Below, in pieces: positions 13,082 to 26,239 of a DNA stretch of 64,000 nt. Made by a program: the position numbers and the translations under genes. Below the pieces are notes generated by a model that was not told the DNA's origin, made no database searches, and saw only the letters and a program-made list of their open reading frames with translations. The DNA comes from Octopus vulgaris (taxonomy: Eukaryota), in assembly GCA_951406725.2 (NCBI GenBank), contig OX597831.1:23064001-23128000 (forward strand), read 5' to 3'. The first letter of the stretch is position 1. Each line of letters opens with the position of its first letter.

Positions 13082-13083
13082 TA

Positions 13084-13275
13084 TATCTGTAATATGATAT
13101 GTGACAATTATTTGGTTGCCATAAGAAAACTCTGAGTTTTGGATGTTGGGGTGGAAATCTGCTCCGGAATCTTGTCAGTTCTGATGAGAGCTGCTGGAGC
13201 AAATTTCTGCCCCAAAATCCACACTCAGAGTTTTATTATGGCAACCAAATAATTGTCACATATATATTACAGATA
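13084..13275. repeat. Long imperfect inverted repeat (~95 bp arms, 2-nt loop)
   Basis: TATCTGTAATAT..GTGACAATTATTTGGTTGCCATAA pairs with TTATGGCAACCAAATAATTGTCAC..ATATTACAGATA. The apex is at 13179-13180. Confidence 0.92.
13124..13182 (-). ncRNA. Decayed type I hammerhead ribozyme motif
   Basis: Minus strand: AGAA-CUGACAA-(stem II)-C-AAAA-CUC A GAG-UU-UUCU. Stem I is AGAA/UUCU. Both core lesions (CUGACGA->CUGACAA, CGAAA->CAAAA) are CpG-type changes. Confidence 0.5.
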
Positions 13276-13356
13276 AATTCCTCTATTTACATAATATCGA
13301 GGTCTCATTCATTCTTTTGTTGTCATACCTTTACTATTAATTAATATATATATATA

Positions 13357-13636
13357 TCACGTGATCACGTGACCGTCCAGACCATCAGATGTTGTTACAC
13401 ATCGCTGGTCACGTTCGAATGATGCCACCCCGCTGGCTAAGCAAGCAGGCCAACAGAAGAAAGAGTGGGAGAAAGAGTGGTGAAAGAGTAGAGCAGGGAT
13501 CACCAACCCTGCCGGAGCCTCGTGGAGCTTTTAGGTGTTTTCGCTCAATAAACACTCACAACGCCCGGTCAGGGAATCGAAACCACGATCCTGCGACCGC
13601 GAGTCCGCTGCCCTAACCACTAGGCCATTGTGCCTC

Positions 13637-13640
<4 letters not shown>
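13357..13640 (-). mobile_element. tRNA-derived SINE family C
   Basis: Minus-strand head GTGGAGGCACAATGGCCTAGTGGTTAGGGCAGCGGACTCGC...GGTTTCGATTCCC. Tail GGTCACGTGATCACGTGA running into (TA)n. Confidence 0.9.
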
Positions 13641-13693
<53 letters not shown>

Positions 13694-14020
13694 GTATGTA
13701 TATATATTTGTATGTGAGGACACATATCCTTGAAGGCAGGGTGTTGCAATCACAGTCGCAAAATCATGGTGTCATTTTCTACACCATGTGGTATGTTGTG
13801 TTCTTAAGCAAAACTCTTCATCTTACATTGAGCTGTGGTCACTTTTACACTTGACGTGTGGTGCCCAGTGCACTGTATCAGACAGCATCAATTTAGTGGA
13901 GGGAAGTGAGCTAATGTACAGCCCATACATTTGATCCTTGTAAACAAATCACTTGTGCAGGTCACTCAGCAAAAGCTGAATGTTCATACGTCATCTTCAA
14001 CAGGAGAGTTCAAAATATAT

Positions 14021-14210
14021 ACTCTCTTACTTGTTTCAGTCATTTGACTGTGGCCATGCTGGAGCACTGCATGTAGTCGAGCAAATCGACCCCAGGTCTA
14101 ATTCTTTGTAAGCATAGTACTTATTCTATCAGTCTGTTTAGCTGAACTGCTAAGTTACACACCAGCATCAGCTGTCAAGCAATGTTGGGGGGATAAACAC
14201 AGATACACAA

Positions 14211-14265
<55 letters not shown>

Positions 14266-14460
14266 CACACACGAACACAAATATATATATATATATGACG
14301 GGCTTCTTCCAGTTTCCATCTACCAAATCCACTCATAAGGCTTTTGTTGGACCAAGGCTATAGTAGAAGATACTTGCCCAAGGTGCCATACAGTGGGACT
14401 AAACCCGGAACCATGTGGTTTGTAAGCAAGCTTCTTACCACACAGCCACTCCTACGTCTA
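14021..14460 (-). mobile_element. SINE family A
   Basis: Full head, body and tail match. Confidence 0.88.
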
Positions 14461-14988
14461 TATATGTATATATGTATGATATCATCCTCATCATTGTTGT
14501 TTAATGTCCACTTTTCCATGCTTGAATGGTTTGGACAGAATTTATTGAGGCAGATTTTTTTGTGTTTTCACAAGATGTTGGAAATGAAGAACACTGTTTC
14601 CATGACAGCAACACTCATTTACAGCTATCATGTGATTTCAAGGCGAGGAGACCCTCACACACACATACACTCACATATATACACATACACACATGTATAT
14701 GAGAATACACATACACACATATACATATACACACACACATATATATATATATAATGGGCTTCTTTCAGTTTCTGTCAATCAAATCAACTCACAAGGCTTT
14801 GGCTAGCTTAAGGCTATAGTAGAAGACACTTATCCATTGCACCACACAGTGGGACTGAACCTAGAACTGCGTGGTTGAGATACAAACTTCTTATCACACA
14901 GCTACACTACTGACTCTCCTTCGTCCTCTCTCTGTCTTTATATGTGTGTGTGTATGTATGTATGTATATATATATATATATATACATA

Positions 14989-15019
<31 letters not shown>

Positions 15020-15298
15020 GTATATAGTTATATGTGTGTGTATTTAGTAGTTAATAAATTGTATGGTATACACCTGGCAGTTTACCTGTAACGCATGTTC
15101 ACTTTCTCAGTGTTCGTTAGGTATTTGATTAATGAGAAAAACAGAAGATGGAAGATGCAAGAAAGGTTATTGATCAAAACAGAGTTTTTCATCCATCCAG
15201 CATTGATCTCTCATAGGTGGGATTCTCAAAATCTCTGTCAGTGTAGAGGTGTCTCCTCAGGTGATTACAAGGTTCAGCGATCAATAAACTTTCTCATA

Positions 15299-15487
15299 GG
15301 CGCAGGGGTGGCTGTGTGGTAAGTTGCTTGCTTACCAGCCACATGGTTCCACATTCAGTCCTACTGCGTGGCACCTTGGGTAAGTGTCTTCTACTATAGC
15401 CTCAGGCTGACCAAAGCCTTGTGAGTGGAGTTGGTAGACGGGAACTGGAAAAAGCCCGTCGTATATATATATATATATATATGTATG

Positions 15488-15556
<69 letters not shown>

Positions 15557-15760
15557 CTGTGATTGTACCCCCAACATCGCTCAACAACCGATGCTGGTGT
15601 GTTTGCGTCTCCGTAACTTAGTGGTTTGGCAAAAGAGACTGATAGAATAAGTACTAGGCTTACAAAGAATAAATCCTGGGGGTCGAGTTGCTCGACTAAA
15701 GGCGATGCTTCCAGCATGGCCGCAGTCAAATGACTGAAACAAGTAAAACAGTAAAGAGTA
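15299..15760 (+). mobile_element. SINE family A, full length
   Basis: GGCGCAGGGGTGGCTGTGTGGTAAG...GACTGAAACAAGTAAAACAGTAAAGAGTA. Confidence 0.92.
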
Positions 15761-15787
15761 TATCTTCTATTTTCTGCCTCCCTTTAA

Positions 15788-15821
<34 letters not shown>

Positions 15822-16140
15822 GTACACACAGACATCAATTTATCAACAACAAAAGGGGAGGAGGTCTCTGTTGTGTTTATAAAGTTAAATAACATTCAAT
15901 AGATTAAAAATAGACATAATTAAATTATCACAGTGTGAATAATACTTGGTGATATCTAGGAATAGTTCTTAAGGTTAAATATACTTTCAATAAATTTAAA
16001 TAGGTCCGGTCAAAAATAAACAGTGTGTATATGATACCTAGGAAGCACACTTCTATATTATAAATTAAATTAGACAAATATATGAAAGAACCCAAACTAT
16101 CAAGTAATATATCAAAATAAATAAATATATTGATAGTAAC

Positions 16141-16355
16141 TCTTACTCTTTTTACTTGTTTCAGTCATTTGACTGTGGCCATGCTGGAGCACCGCCTTTA
16201 GTTGAACAAATCGACCCCAGGACTTATTCTTTGTAAGCCTAGTACTTATTCTATCTGTCTCTTTTGCTGAACCGCTAAGTTACGGGGACATAAGCACACC
16301 AGCATCAGTTGTCAAGCGATGTTGGGGGGACAAACACAGACACACAAACATACAG

Positions 16356-16388
<33 letters not shown>

Positions 16389-16503
16389 CATATATTCGAT
16401 GGCTTCTTTCAGTTTCCGTCTACTAAATCCACTCACAAGGCTTTGGTCGGCCCGAGGTTATAGTAGAAGACACTTACCCAAGCTGCCACGCATTGGTAAT
16501 GAA
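16141..16503 (-). mobile_element. SINE family A, head truncated at a duplication junction
   Basis: Tail and body intact. Similarity ends at the B box, where duplicated sequence starts. Confidence 0.88.
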
Positions 16504-16507
16504 CCTT

Positions 16508-16740
16508 TTAATTTTAAGTGCAACAAATTATCAGTATCTTTATAACATCAGACAAAATGTGTGTGTGTGTGTGTGTATGTGTTTTGGGGGTATTTTCCAA
16601 AGAACAATAATGCCACCAAGAGTTTCCATTCCAAGCTTATGTCACCTACAGGCAATGGAACAATACTGAACAAAAGGGGTATTAGAAGACATCTTTTTAG
16701 GGGCTTTGATGATTTTAGTTTTGTTTCATTGACACACACA
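16508..16740 (+). repeat. Composite local duplication of 18257-18307 and ~19462-19633
   Basis: Near-identical sequence. The ORF track shows the identical [16 protein letters not shown] peptide at 16561 and 19130. Confidence 0.9.
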
Positions 16741-18475
16741 CACACACACACACACACATAAACTTTACAAAAAATAAGTGAATAAACAAATAAGTAAAAG
16801 TAGCAACTGAGTACAGACCTAGATTGATTTTATCAAAAATAAGAGCATAGAAGAGTATATTATGGACATGGCAAATAGTACTAATGGTAGAGGCAGGCTT
16901 GTAAGCCTTTATAGTTAATAATTTAATAAAAACGGTGGAAAAAGGAAGTAAGGAATGTGTTATGGACATACTGAATAGGCTAGAAGGGAGTGGCTAGCTT
17001 CTAAACAGCCGATCAGCACTACCAAAAGGGTGAATAGTAACATGATGTAGTTCTTCTGAAATATGCCTATCCCTTGTCCAGTATGCGTAAAACCAATCTT
17101 TGGTGATGTTTAGAACAGAATCCAAGATGCACAGACTACAATTCAAGTGGAATAAACTCTCCATTCATTAGGATGTGAAAAATTTTAGTCAATCTGCCCT
17201 GAGGAGGTTTTTGCTTTTTTCAATTTCATAATGCACTTTAAATGTGTAAATATGGATGGAAGCAATTAACCGAAATGCTGTGTAGGCAATATGAATTGAC
17301 TATGATAGTAAATAAATTGATTATCCTATGTATGTATGTTCCATTTTCTTTATAGCATTAAAAATTTTTTCTCCTATATCGAAAATGGTGGAAACCTTTA
17401 TAGTGACAACTGGAATTTCAGAAGTCTAAGGTACTGACATTGAAGAAGAATCAGTGATAAACACTAATACATATGCACATGCAAAATTTCAAATTTTGTT
17501 AATTGATACAGAGCTAAACTGGTGTATGCTTGGATAAAGTTTATCCAAGGAAAGAACAACCTCTTTCCATACAGTCTTAGATATATATATATGTTTATGA
17601 ATTTGTGTTGCAAGATTCCTGATGTGAAATCATGTGTTGAATGAAATAAGTGGAGCAAGGGCACACGCAAAAATGAACAGTGTTACTGAAGTGGTCACAG
17701 ATGTGTGACGTAAGATTTTCGGACAATGGACATGAGTTAAAAAAAAAGAACAGTAATAAATGAGTGAAGAACAAATATACAGTGTGTGTGTTTATTTGGC
17801 AAAAAAAAATACAACCTTCCCAAAATACAACAAAACATATATATGTGTGTGTGTGTGTGTGTGTGTACACACACACGACAGACTTCTTTCAGTTTCTGTC
17901 TACTAAATCCACTCACAAGGCTTTAGTCTGCCTGAGGCTATAGCAGAAGACACTGCTCAAAGTGCCACACAGTGGGATAGAACCTGGAACTGTGTAGTTG
18001 GGAAGTAAGCTTCTTACCACACAGCCACACCTACACCTATATAAAAAAAAAGTTTGCTTGACCCTCATGTGACACTTACATTCTTGGTTCAAACCCTGCC
18101 AAAATCAATATTGCCTTTTATTCTTCTGGAAGTCACTAAAAGTGGAGTACCAGTCAGATACTGGGGTCGATATCGCATCACCAACTAACATCCATCCATC
18201 CATCCATCCATCCTTCCCTCCACAAATTTCAAGCCTTGTTCCTATATCAGAAACACTTAATTTTAAGTGCAACAAATTATCGGCATCTTTATAACATCAG
18301 ACAAAATTCTCTGCCAGGCTTTGTTCCAATGCTTTACCTTCCGAGTTCAAATCCTGCAAAGGTCAACTTTGTCTTTTATCCTTTCAGACTCAATGAAATA
18401 AAACGCCAGTCAAGAACTGGATTCTGATTTAATCGACTAACCTCAAAAAAGCCAAAAATCATTATAAATTATCAC

Positions 18476-18506
<31 letters not shown>

Positions 18507-19234
18507 GTTGTTGTTATTATTGTTGTTATTGTTATTGTTATTATTAACATTATTTATTTAGTTTCTTTCATCAATGTAATTAGCAAGTATTGACTTTGTC
18601 GTTATAATTTGATTCATCGACTGAATACTCTACAATTGCTGTTGATTTACTCTTTTAGAAATCATCAACAATTTATCATTGATTTAAGAAGCAGGTACGA
18701 GGAGGTGGTGGTGTTGGTGGTGGTCGGTGCAGCGGTGGTGATAGTTGTTGTGATGTTGTTGTTGTTTTTCTTCTTGGTGATGGTGGTGGCCATGGTGAGT
18801 GATCTTGTTGAAGTTGAGTGATAGTAGATGTGGCAGTGAAAGTGATAGCGGTGCTGGTAGCAGCAGCAGCAGTTGTAGTGGTGATAGTGGTGGTGGTGGT
18901 GGTGGTGGTGGTGGTGCCAATGAATATTTTGGACACAGTCGTGGTTTTGGTAGCGGCAGGATATAGTCATGGGTGTGGTGGCGGTGGTGGAAATGATGTT
19001 AGCAAAGGCATTGATGATGGTGAAGGTAAAAACAATGACAGTGACGATGACAATGATGATGATGATGATGAGGAGGAGGAGGAGGAGGATGAGGAGGAGG
19101 AGGAGGATAGTGGCTGCAGGTACTAATATGTGGTGGTGGTCTTAGTGGTGGCAGATGGCGTATCAGTGATAGCAGGAAGGAAAGTTATGCAAAATATATA
19201 TGTGCACATATGTGTATGTGTATATGTACATATG

Positions 19235-19301
<67 letters not shown>

Positions 19302-19424
19302 GCATGTATATGTCTGTATATGTGTATATATATGTGTATGCGTATATATATATATATATATGTATGTATATATACGTGTATGTATGTATGTATATATACA
19401 TATGTATGTATGTATATATCTATC

Positions 19425-19459
<35 letters not shown>

Positions 19460-19907
19460 ATGTGTGTGTATGTGTTTTGGGGGTATTTTCCAAAGAACAA
19501 TAATGCCACCAAGAGTTTCCATTCCAAGCTTATGTCACCTACAGGCAATGGAACAATACTGAACAAAAGGGGTATTAGAAGACATCTTTTTAGGGGCTTT
19601 GATGATTTTAGTTTTGTTTCATTGACACACACAAACACACACATACACACACACACACATAAATATATATATATATTGCTTTTATACACATCACTTATAT
19701 ATCAATAGTAATGTGATAGCCTCTTGCAGCCTTTCTAATTGATTCCATCTGATTTCTTTTCTATATTCCAACACCATTATCTACGAAACAGCAGGAACCG
19801 TGTTCAATTTATTAATTCCGAATAACATTACATTTGTCTGTTTGAGAGTTTTGTTTCTGGAATACAATGATCTCCTTAAGCATAAGTGTACATAAGTTTG
19901 CATGAAC

Positions 19908-19962
<55 letters not shown>

Positions 19963-19967
19963 CATAT

Positions 19968-20044
<77 letters not shown>

Positions 20045-20594
20045 AATATTATGTATATATATATGCATTATGTAGATGTGTATGGATGGATGAATAAGAT
20101 CGATGGTTGGATGGATATATGTTTATATTATGTATATATGTAATATGTATGTATATACTTACGTAATATTTGTGTATGTATGTGGATATATATAAATATA
20201 TATGTAATATATATGTGCTTGGTTTAATATGGATTGATGTTTGTAATGTGCATGTATATATTATGTATATATATATATATATATGTGTGTGTGTAATATA
20301 TAAGTATGTGTGTATAAATGTACATGCATTCTTTCTATATCTTGGTTTTATTTTTAAATAGAGAAAAAGCTGGCTTCTAGCCCAGAAACGATATTCTTTC
20401 ATTATAATTTAGTTACCATAACATCAGTTAAGTAGTCATGTATATATGTGTCTATATGCATATGTGAGTGCACCAGTGCATGCCATTGCACATGTGATAT
20501 ATCTGTATTGATGGCATATGTGCACATATACACACGTTTTTAAAGACTACATAGCATATATTTGTGTGTTTGTGTATTCTTGTGTGTGTATATG

Positions 20595-20885
20595 TAGGCA
20601 CGTGTTCAAGTATTTACAATGTTGGACTCATGATTTCTAAATTGTGGTTTCAATTCCTGGACTGTGGTGTGTTCTTGAGCGAAACACTTCATCTCCCATT
20701 GCCCCAGTCCACTCAGGTGTAAATAGTTAACCCTTCAACATACGACCCTTCTGATCAGGGAGAATGTCTGGCTGCTTATCTAGCCAAATGGGTTGCATCA
20801 TTCGATAGCTAAGATAATGCAAAGTGCATTGTGACCAGCGGTGTAAAACAGCATCTGATAGTCTGGTTGATCAGGTGAACATGTG
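20595..20885 (+). mobile_element. SINE with F-type head/body and C-type tail
   Basis: TTGAGCGAAACACTTCATCTC body followed by CATTGTGACCAGCGGTGTA...CATCTGATAGTCTGG. Confidence 0.65.
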
Positions 20886-21760
20886 ATATACATACATGCA
20901 CACATGCATACACACACATACACACACACACGCACACACACATACATACATACATACATACATACATACATACAGGTACATGGCTCAGTGGTTAGAGTGT
21001 TGGGCTCATGATCATGAGGTAGTGAGTTCAATTCCTGTACTGAGCTGCGTGTTGTGTTCTTGAGCAAGACATTTTATTTCACCTTACTTCACAGTTCACT
21101 CAGCTGTAGAAATGAGTTGCGATGTCACTGGTGCCAAGCTGTATCGGCCGTTGCTTTTCCCTTGTATAACATCGGTGGCATGGAAAAGAAAGAATGGTAT
21201 GCATGGGCAACTACTGGTCTTCCACAAACAACCTCAGAGGGGAAATTTTTAGGTGCAAGTTCATAGTCATTCATGACTGAAGGGGATCATTTCACTTTTA
21301 CCCTTTTTGCATATATACATACACACCCTCACACACACACACATATATATACAGGTTAAACTTTTTAACTGCTTTATATATTTTCTAAATTCCATTAATG
21401 ACTTAGATATGAACAATTCTATTTTACCATGTTCCTTCTGGTTTCGTGGAACCCAGTTTTTTTAAAATTGATTCTGAGGTAAATAATGATATAACCCAGT
21501 TTTCTAAAAATTATTACCTTACACAATTTAGTCCAGTTGGAATATCTGTGCATTTCTTATAAATTCAACATAGGTTTTTTTCCTTTATATTTTGCATTAT
21601 GTTAAAGTCTCCTGGAGAAAGGATTTCTTCCACATTGTTTCCTCTCCCCTAAATCCTTATATCTAGTCTGTTGTGTTGAGAGTTTATGGACTTTTTGGCA
21701 GGAACACTCTAACAGTATCCTTTCATAGAATGAGAGACTATAATCTTCACATCATTGTAA

Positions 21761-22152
21761 TCTCTATATATATAAAGCTGAAGTTGTCTGTGTATGGCAG
21801 GTTTGGTAGCCTTCAACTAACACTATCTCCTCCGAGACCCTGTGGCACAAGTTGACCAAAATTGAGAGTATGATAGAAGAAGGCTTGCTCTTCCTTTCGT
21901 AGAAGAAAGAATTCAAATCAGACCATGTTAACACCAAAAATTATTTACATTAAAAAGGTGTTTTTTTTCTATGAAAATCCCTACTTTTTACAATTTTTTG
22001 ACTGCTCTGTCGCCATTTTATGGTGTATTTCAACCAGAACAATGTTCACTTAAAGAGAATAACAAGCTACATAATGCAAAATTTTTACTTTTCAAAAATT
22101 CCAATTCTAAAGGGTCGAAACAAACCCGAGCAATGCTGGGTGATACTGCTAG
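21761..22152 (+). mobile_element. Non-autonomous Helitron-like element
   Basis: A|TCTCTATATATATAAAG ... CCCGAGCAATGCTGGG-TGATACTG-CTAG|T: TC and CTAG termini, A-T insertion site, subterminal hairpin, no TSD. Confidence 0.8.
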
Positions 22153-22834
22153 TATCATATATTTTAGTCTTCCATTGTACAAAGTTTTTTTTTTTTCTCC
22201 ATAATATCAAACTTCAAAGTTGAATAGTATTGTGATGACATTTCCAGACAGTTGCTTCTGCAGTGTCTGTCACCTTTGGTGTTAATTCCACAAAGTCTAA
22301 ATCAGGTGTTTTCCTGGCATCTTTATCCCTTTTATGCATCAGTGTTTCATCAATTAAAATTATTTCCTTTTTTTGGTTTGTTCTCTTGATTTTATGTTGA
22401 AGGCTTTGGGGGGAAATATTTTTCCTTACAGAAAAAAAATTGTAGAATAATTAACTTTTATATTTTTCCTGTTGAATAATTTATGAAGTTCCCTGTCTTT
22501 GTGAAAGTGTTTGTTGATGAAAGAACAGGAGTTGTTTCATCACGTCGGTTATTAGATTCCTGCTGAACGGTGGATTGAACCAGATCATTTCTTTTCACTC
22601 TCTGAAGTAGGCTTTTGTAGTTGTTTGTAGTGTGTGGTTATATGCTGTTGCATTTAGAAACGGCTATGAGCAAATGCTTGGCTGTACTTTTTATTCTTCC
22701 TGTGAGAAATTGTTTTATTAACGGGGTGATTACTTAAGTGTTTATTTCTATAGATGTTTACTTAGCAACATTTTGTGGATGATTGGTTTCTGATTTAGAT
22801 ATAGATATCAGTTCTAGCTTTTATACTCAATTCC

Positions 22835-23105
22835 TGGCCTCCGTGCCGGTGGCACGTAAAAAGCACCATCTGCTCGTGGCCGTTTGCCAGCCTCGTCTGG
22901 CACGTAAAAAGCACCCACTACACTCATGGAGTGGTTGGCATTAGGAAGGGCATCCAGCCGTAGAAACATTGCCAGACCAGACTGGGCCTGGTGCAGCCTT
23001 CTAGCTTCCCAGACCCCAGTTGCACTGTCCAACCCATGCCAGCAAGGAAAGCAGACGCTAAACGATGATGATGATGATTATGATGATGATGATGATGATG
23101 ATGAT
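22835..23105 (+). mobile_element. RTE 3' UTR-type repeat (family D) with (GAT)n tail
   Basis: GGCACGTAAAAAGCACC units, ...AAACGATGATGAT tail. Confidence 0.85.
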
Positions 23106-24600
23106 AGGAATGAGGTAAGCTTCATCGTTAGATTCAGAAGTTGGCAGACATCAAGCTGGTTTTGATTGACATTTAAGGGTAAAAAATGTTTAGAAGATGC
23201 GCTTGACTTTTTCATGAGTATCTTGGTTGTATGCAAACTTCAACTCCTGAAAATCATTCTGCCCTCCTCTCTATTCACTCTCATACTGTATTGTTTATCT
23301 ATTCTACTTCAACAAGGAGAAATAAATTTACACAATGCTTATATTGTTGTGACTAAACACGGAAATGTGGAATGTTTATCCATATTAATCCAAATCTTCT
23401 TTCATACAGCAATACATTCCACATCCAAGTGCACATCCAGAAAATCAAGCAGCCCACACACCCTAGTACACTCTAAACATTATCTCATTTAACAACAACG
23501 TGATACTGATGTTGCTAAATATAAATCTGTTGCAATGTTGTTGTTTTCTTGTATTGGTCAATACTTTTATCATTATCTGATTTCTGTGAATTGTCTTTCC
23601 ATTAGGCATCAGCTGTACTAGTCTCTTATCTGGTGTTGCTAAATATCATTGAATTGATGTCTGATCATTCTATTTGTTTTAGTGGTCAACTCATTGTTTA
23701 TGTTTGCTAGGTTAATGTGGCCTCTAGTTTTTCTTTATTTTCATTATGGCTACAATTCTGCTGCTAGTTCATCTTAAATAAATATTTGCAATCCAAACCA
23801 GTATATAAAATAAGCAATCATATTAATCATAATAATGTTGTTTGCGTGTGTTGTACAATGGGAATATCTATGAAACATTTATGTACAACAGGTTATATTT
23901 ATATTTTTCTCTTTTAGGCTCCAAATGTACACCAATAAAGATGTTGCATCATCTCTGTAGATATTGTGGAACAAGTGTATATGTTAAATGTACCTTGATT
24001 TAAATGTTGCTCCAGCATAGCAATTATTGTTATCTTTCCATTTATCAATAATGTTGCTAATAGGTTATTTTTCTGAAGTAATTTCAATTTAAAAGTTCCA
24101 CTTGTTATCAGTTGTGTGTAGAACATTCATTAAAATTTAGTTATTTAAAACCAAGGTGCAAATATATTTTTTTTTCTTTTGCACAGCTTACTTTTCCATC
24201 GTTTGTACTTAATACCTTATGTGTGATTGTGAAGTATTTTGTGATTAGTTTTGAAGGATTTTTGCCACATTTTTGACTATATTTAGATTGAAAGACAGGT
24301 TATTCAGTTTTCTATAAGAATAATGTTTTCCTGTGATTAGGTTAAGTACAATGATTCCAGATTTATGATGAGAATATTGATTTACATAATTATTTTGAAG
24401 TTGAACTCCTACAGGGCCATTGTATTTTTAGAATCTGATTTCATGTGGTTGAATATATTCCTCCATTTCACTAGTATGTACTGTCCTCCTATTTTTCATG
24501 TCTCTATTTCATCATTGGCATAGTAACACATCCAGCGTTGGATCACTCAATTGCTTAAAGAACAAAATATAAGCAATTTCTACTCCTACGCAATTGGCCA

Positions 24601-24760
24601 AGGAGTGGCTGTGAGGTAAGTAGCTTGCTTACGAACTACATGGTTCTGGATTCAGTCCCACTGCATGGCTCCTTGGGCAAGTGTCTTCTATTATAGCCTT
24701 GGGCCAACCACAGACTTGTGAGTGAATTTGGTAGACGGTAACTGAAAGAAGCCCATCGTA

Positions 24761-24825
<65 letters not shown>

Positions 24826-25043
24826 ATGTTTGTGTGTCTGTGTTTGTCCCCCCCTGCCAACATCGCTTGACAACCGATTCTGGTGTGTTTATGTCCCTGT
24901 AACTTAGAGGTTCAGCAAAAGAGACCGATAGAATAAGTACTAGGTTTAAAAAGAATAAGTCCTGGGGTCGATGTGCCCAACTAAAGGTGGTGTTCCAACA
25001 TGGTCACAGTCAAATGACTGAAACAGGTAAAAGAGTAAAAGAA
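24601..25043 (+). mobile_element. SINE family A
   Basis: Full-length match. Confidence 0.9.
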
Positions 25044-26090
25044 TTTACCTGGTTTGGCATAGAGAAATTCTATTTGTCAACTGGGAAATCGAAATCCTCA
25101 ATAACAAAAATAGTGGAGCTTGCAAAGGGATTTGCTACTATCAACCATGAATATAACACTGTACTCAAATATGTCCTTCCAATTCTACAGGATTCTAAGC
25201 CTTGTTAAGGAACTTGAACGGTTGGGCCATTTGTGATACCCTTAAAAGCCAGGAACTTTTCAACACTCCCTTGTAAATATAAATATATACATTTGAATTG
25301 TTTTTTGCACAAGTATGATGTATCAAAAGAATCAGAGGACAAAAGATGTTATGAATGCAAAACTAGATATGTGCTGTGTACTAGCTGACTGTTTTATCGT
25401 TTACACCAAACTGCCCCTGAACAACCTAACACTTGAAAATTAGTACTTATAAACGCCTTACCGGATAGACTAACATCGTTTACCTCCACTGATCTCTCAA
25501 GAGAATTGGTGTTCCTTGTGTTCATGTATGTGTACATGTATGTGTATATATGTATATATATGTATATATGTGTGTATGAATGTATACGTGTGCTTGTGAA
25601 TAGAATTATTATTGGCATTATTCTACACATAACATAATTTCCTATTTTCCAAAAACAATCTAAAACTATTCAATAAATATAAAAGTTATAGAAATACAAT
25701 TTTTCCTAAACTGGTTTTAGCTTTTTAACTGTAATATATTTTTACTGTATTTTTTTTTTTACATCTAATATAGAATAAAAACAGAAAGAAACGGATGTAA
25801 AACGATGATGATGATGATACTAATATCATATCATATTTTATTCTATGATATATTTTATGTTATAATACCTTTTATATTTTATGGGTTATTCATTTATTCT
25901 TCAGCTGATCTAAGGGATATATGGTTTTTATGTTTTTTTTTCTTTCTTCTTGGTGTTACTACCGCTTCTGATTTCTTACTCTTTCTCTCTCTATTTCTCA
26001 CTCTCTCTATACATATGTCTCTCTCTGTCTTTCTCACTGTGTCTTTCTAACATTACTATGTCAGACTCACGCACACAAATACACAGTCTG

Positions 26091-26124
<34 letters not shown>

Positions 26125-26239
26125 ATACACACACACACACACACACACTTGTAATATAAACACATTTACTTATAATTTTTAACTTGTTTCTGTCTAGCTT
26201 TCTCTGTTTCTATGTCAACCCTATACAAAACAAACACAC

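Larger units (their letters stand above)
21360..24580 (-). pseudogene. Heavily degraded Penelope-like element (Neptune-type RT to GIY-YIG region), interrupted by a Helitron and an RTE tail
   Basis: Minus-strand peptides: IWFNPPFS (WFNPPFS at 22562-22582), FINKHFHKDRELHKLFNRKNIKVNYS (~22444-22521), HLSNHP (~22730), KTYVEF (~21575). Many frameshifts. Outer boundaries are approximate. Confidence 0.75.

Noticed and set aside
16760-17460. Non-microsatellite segment that might be another decayed retroelement ORF
   Set aside because: Only vague motif resemblance; not supportable without a profile search.
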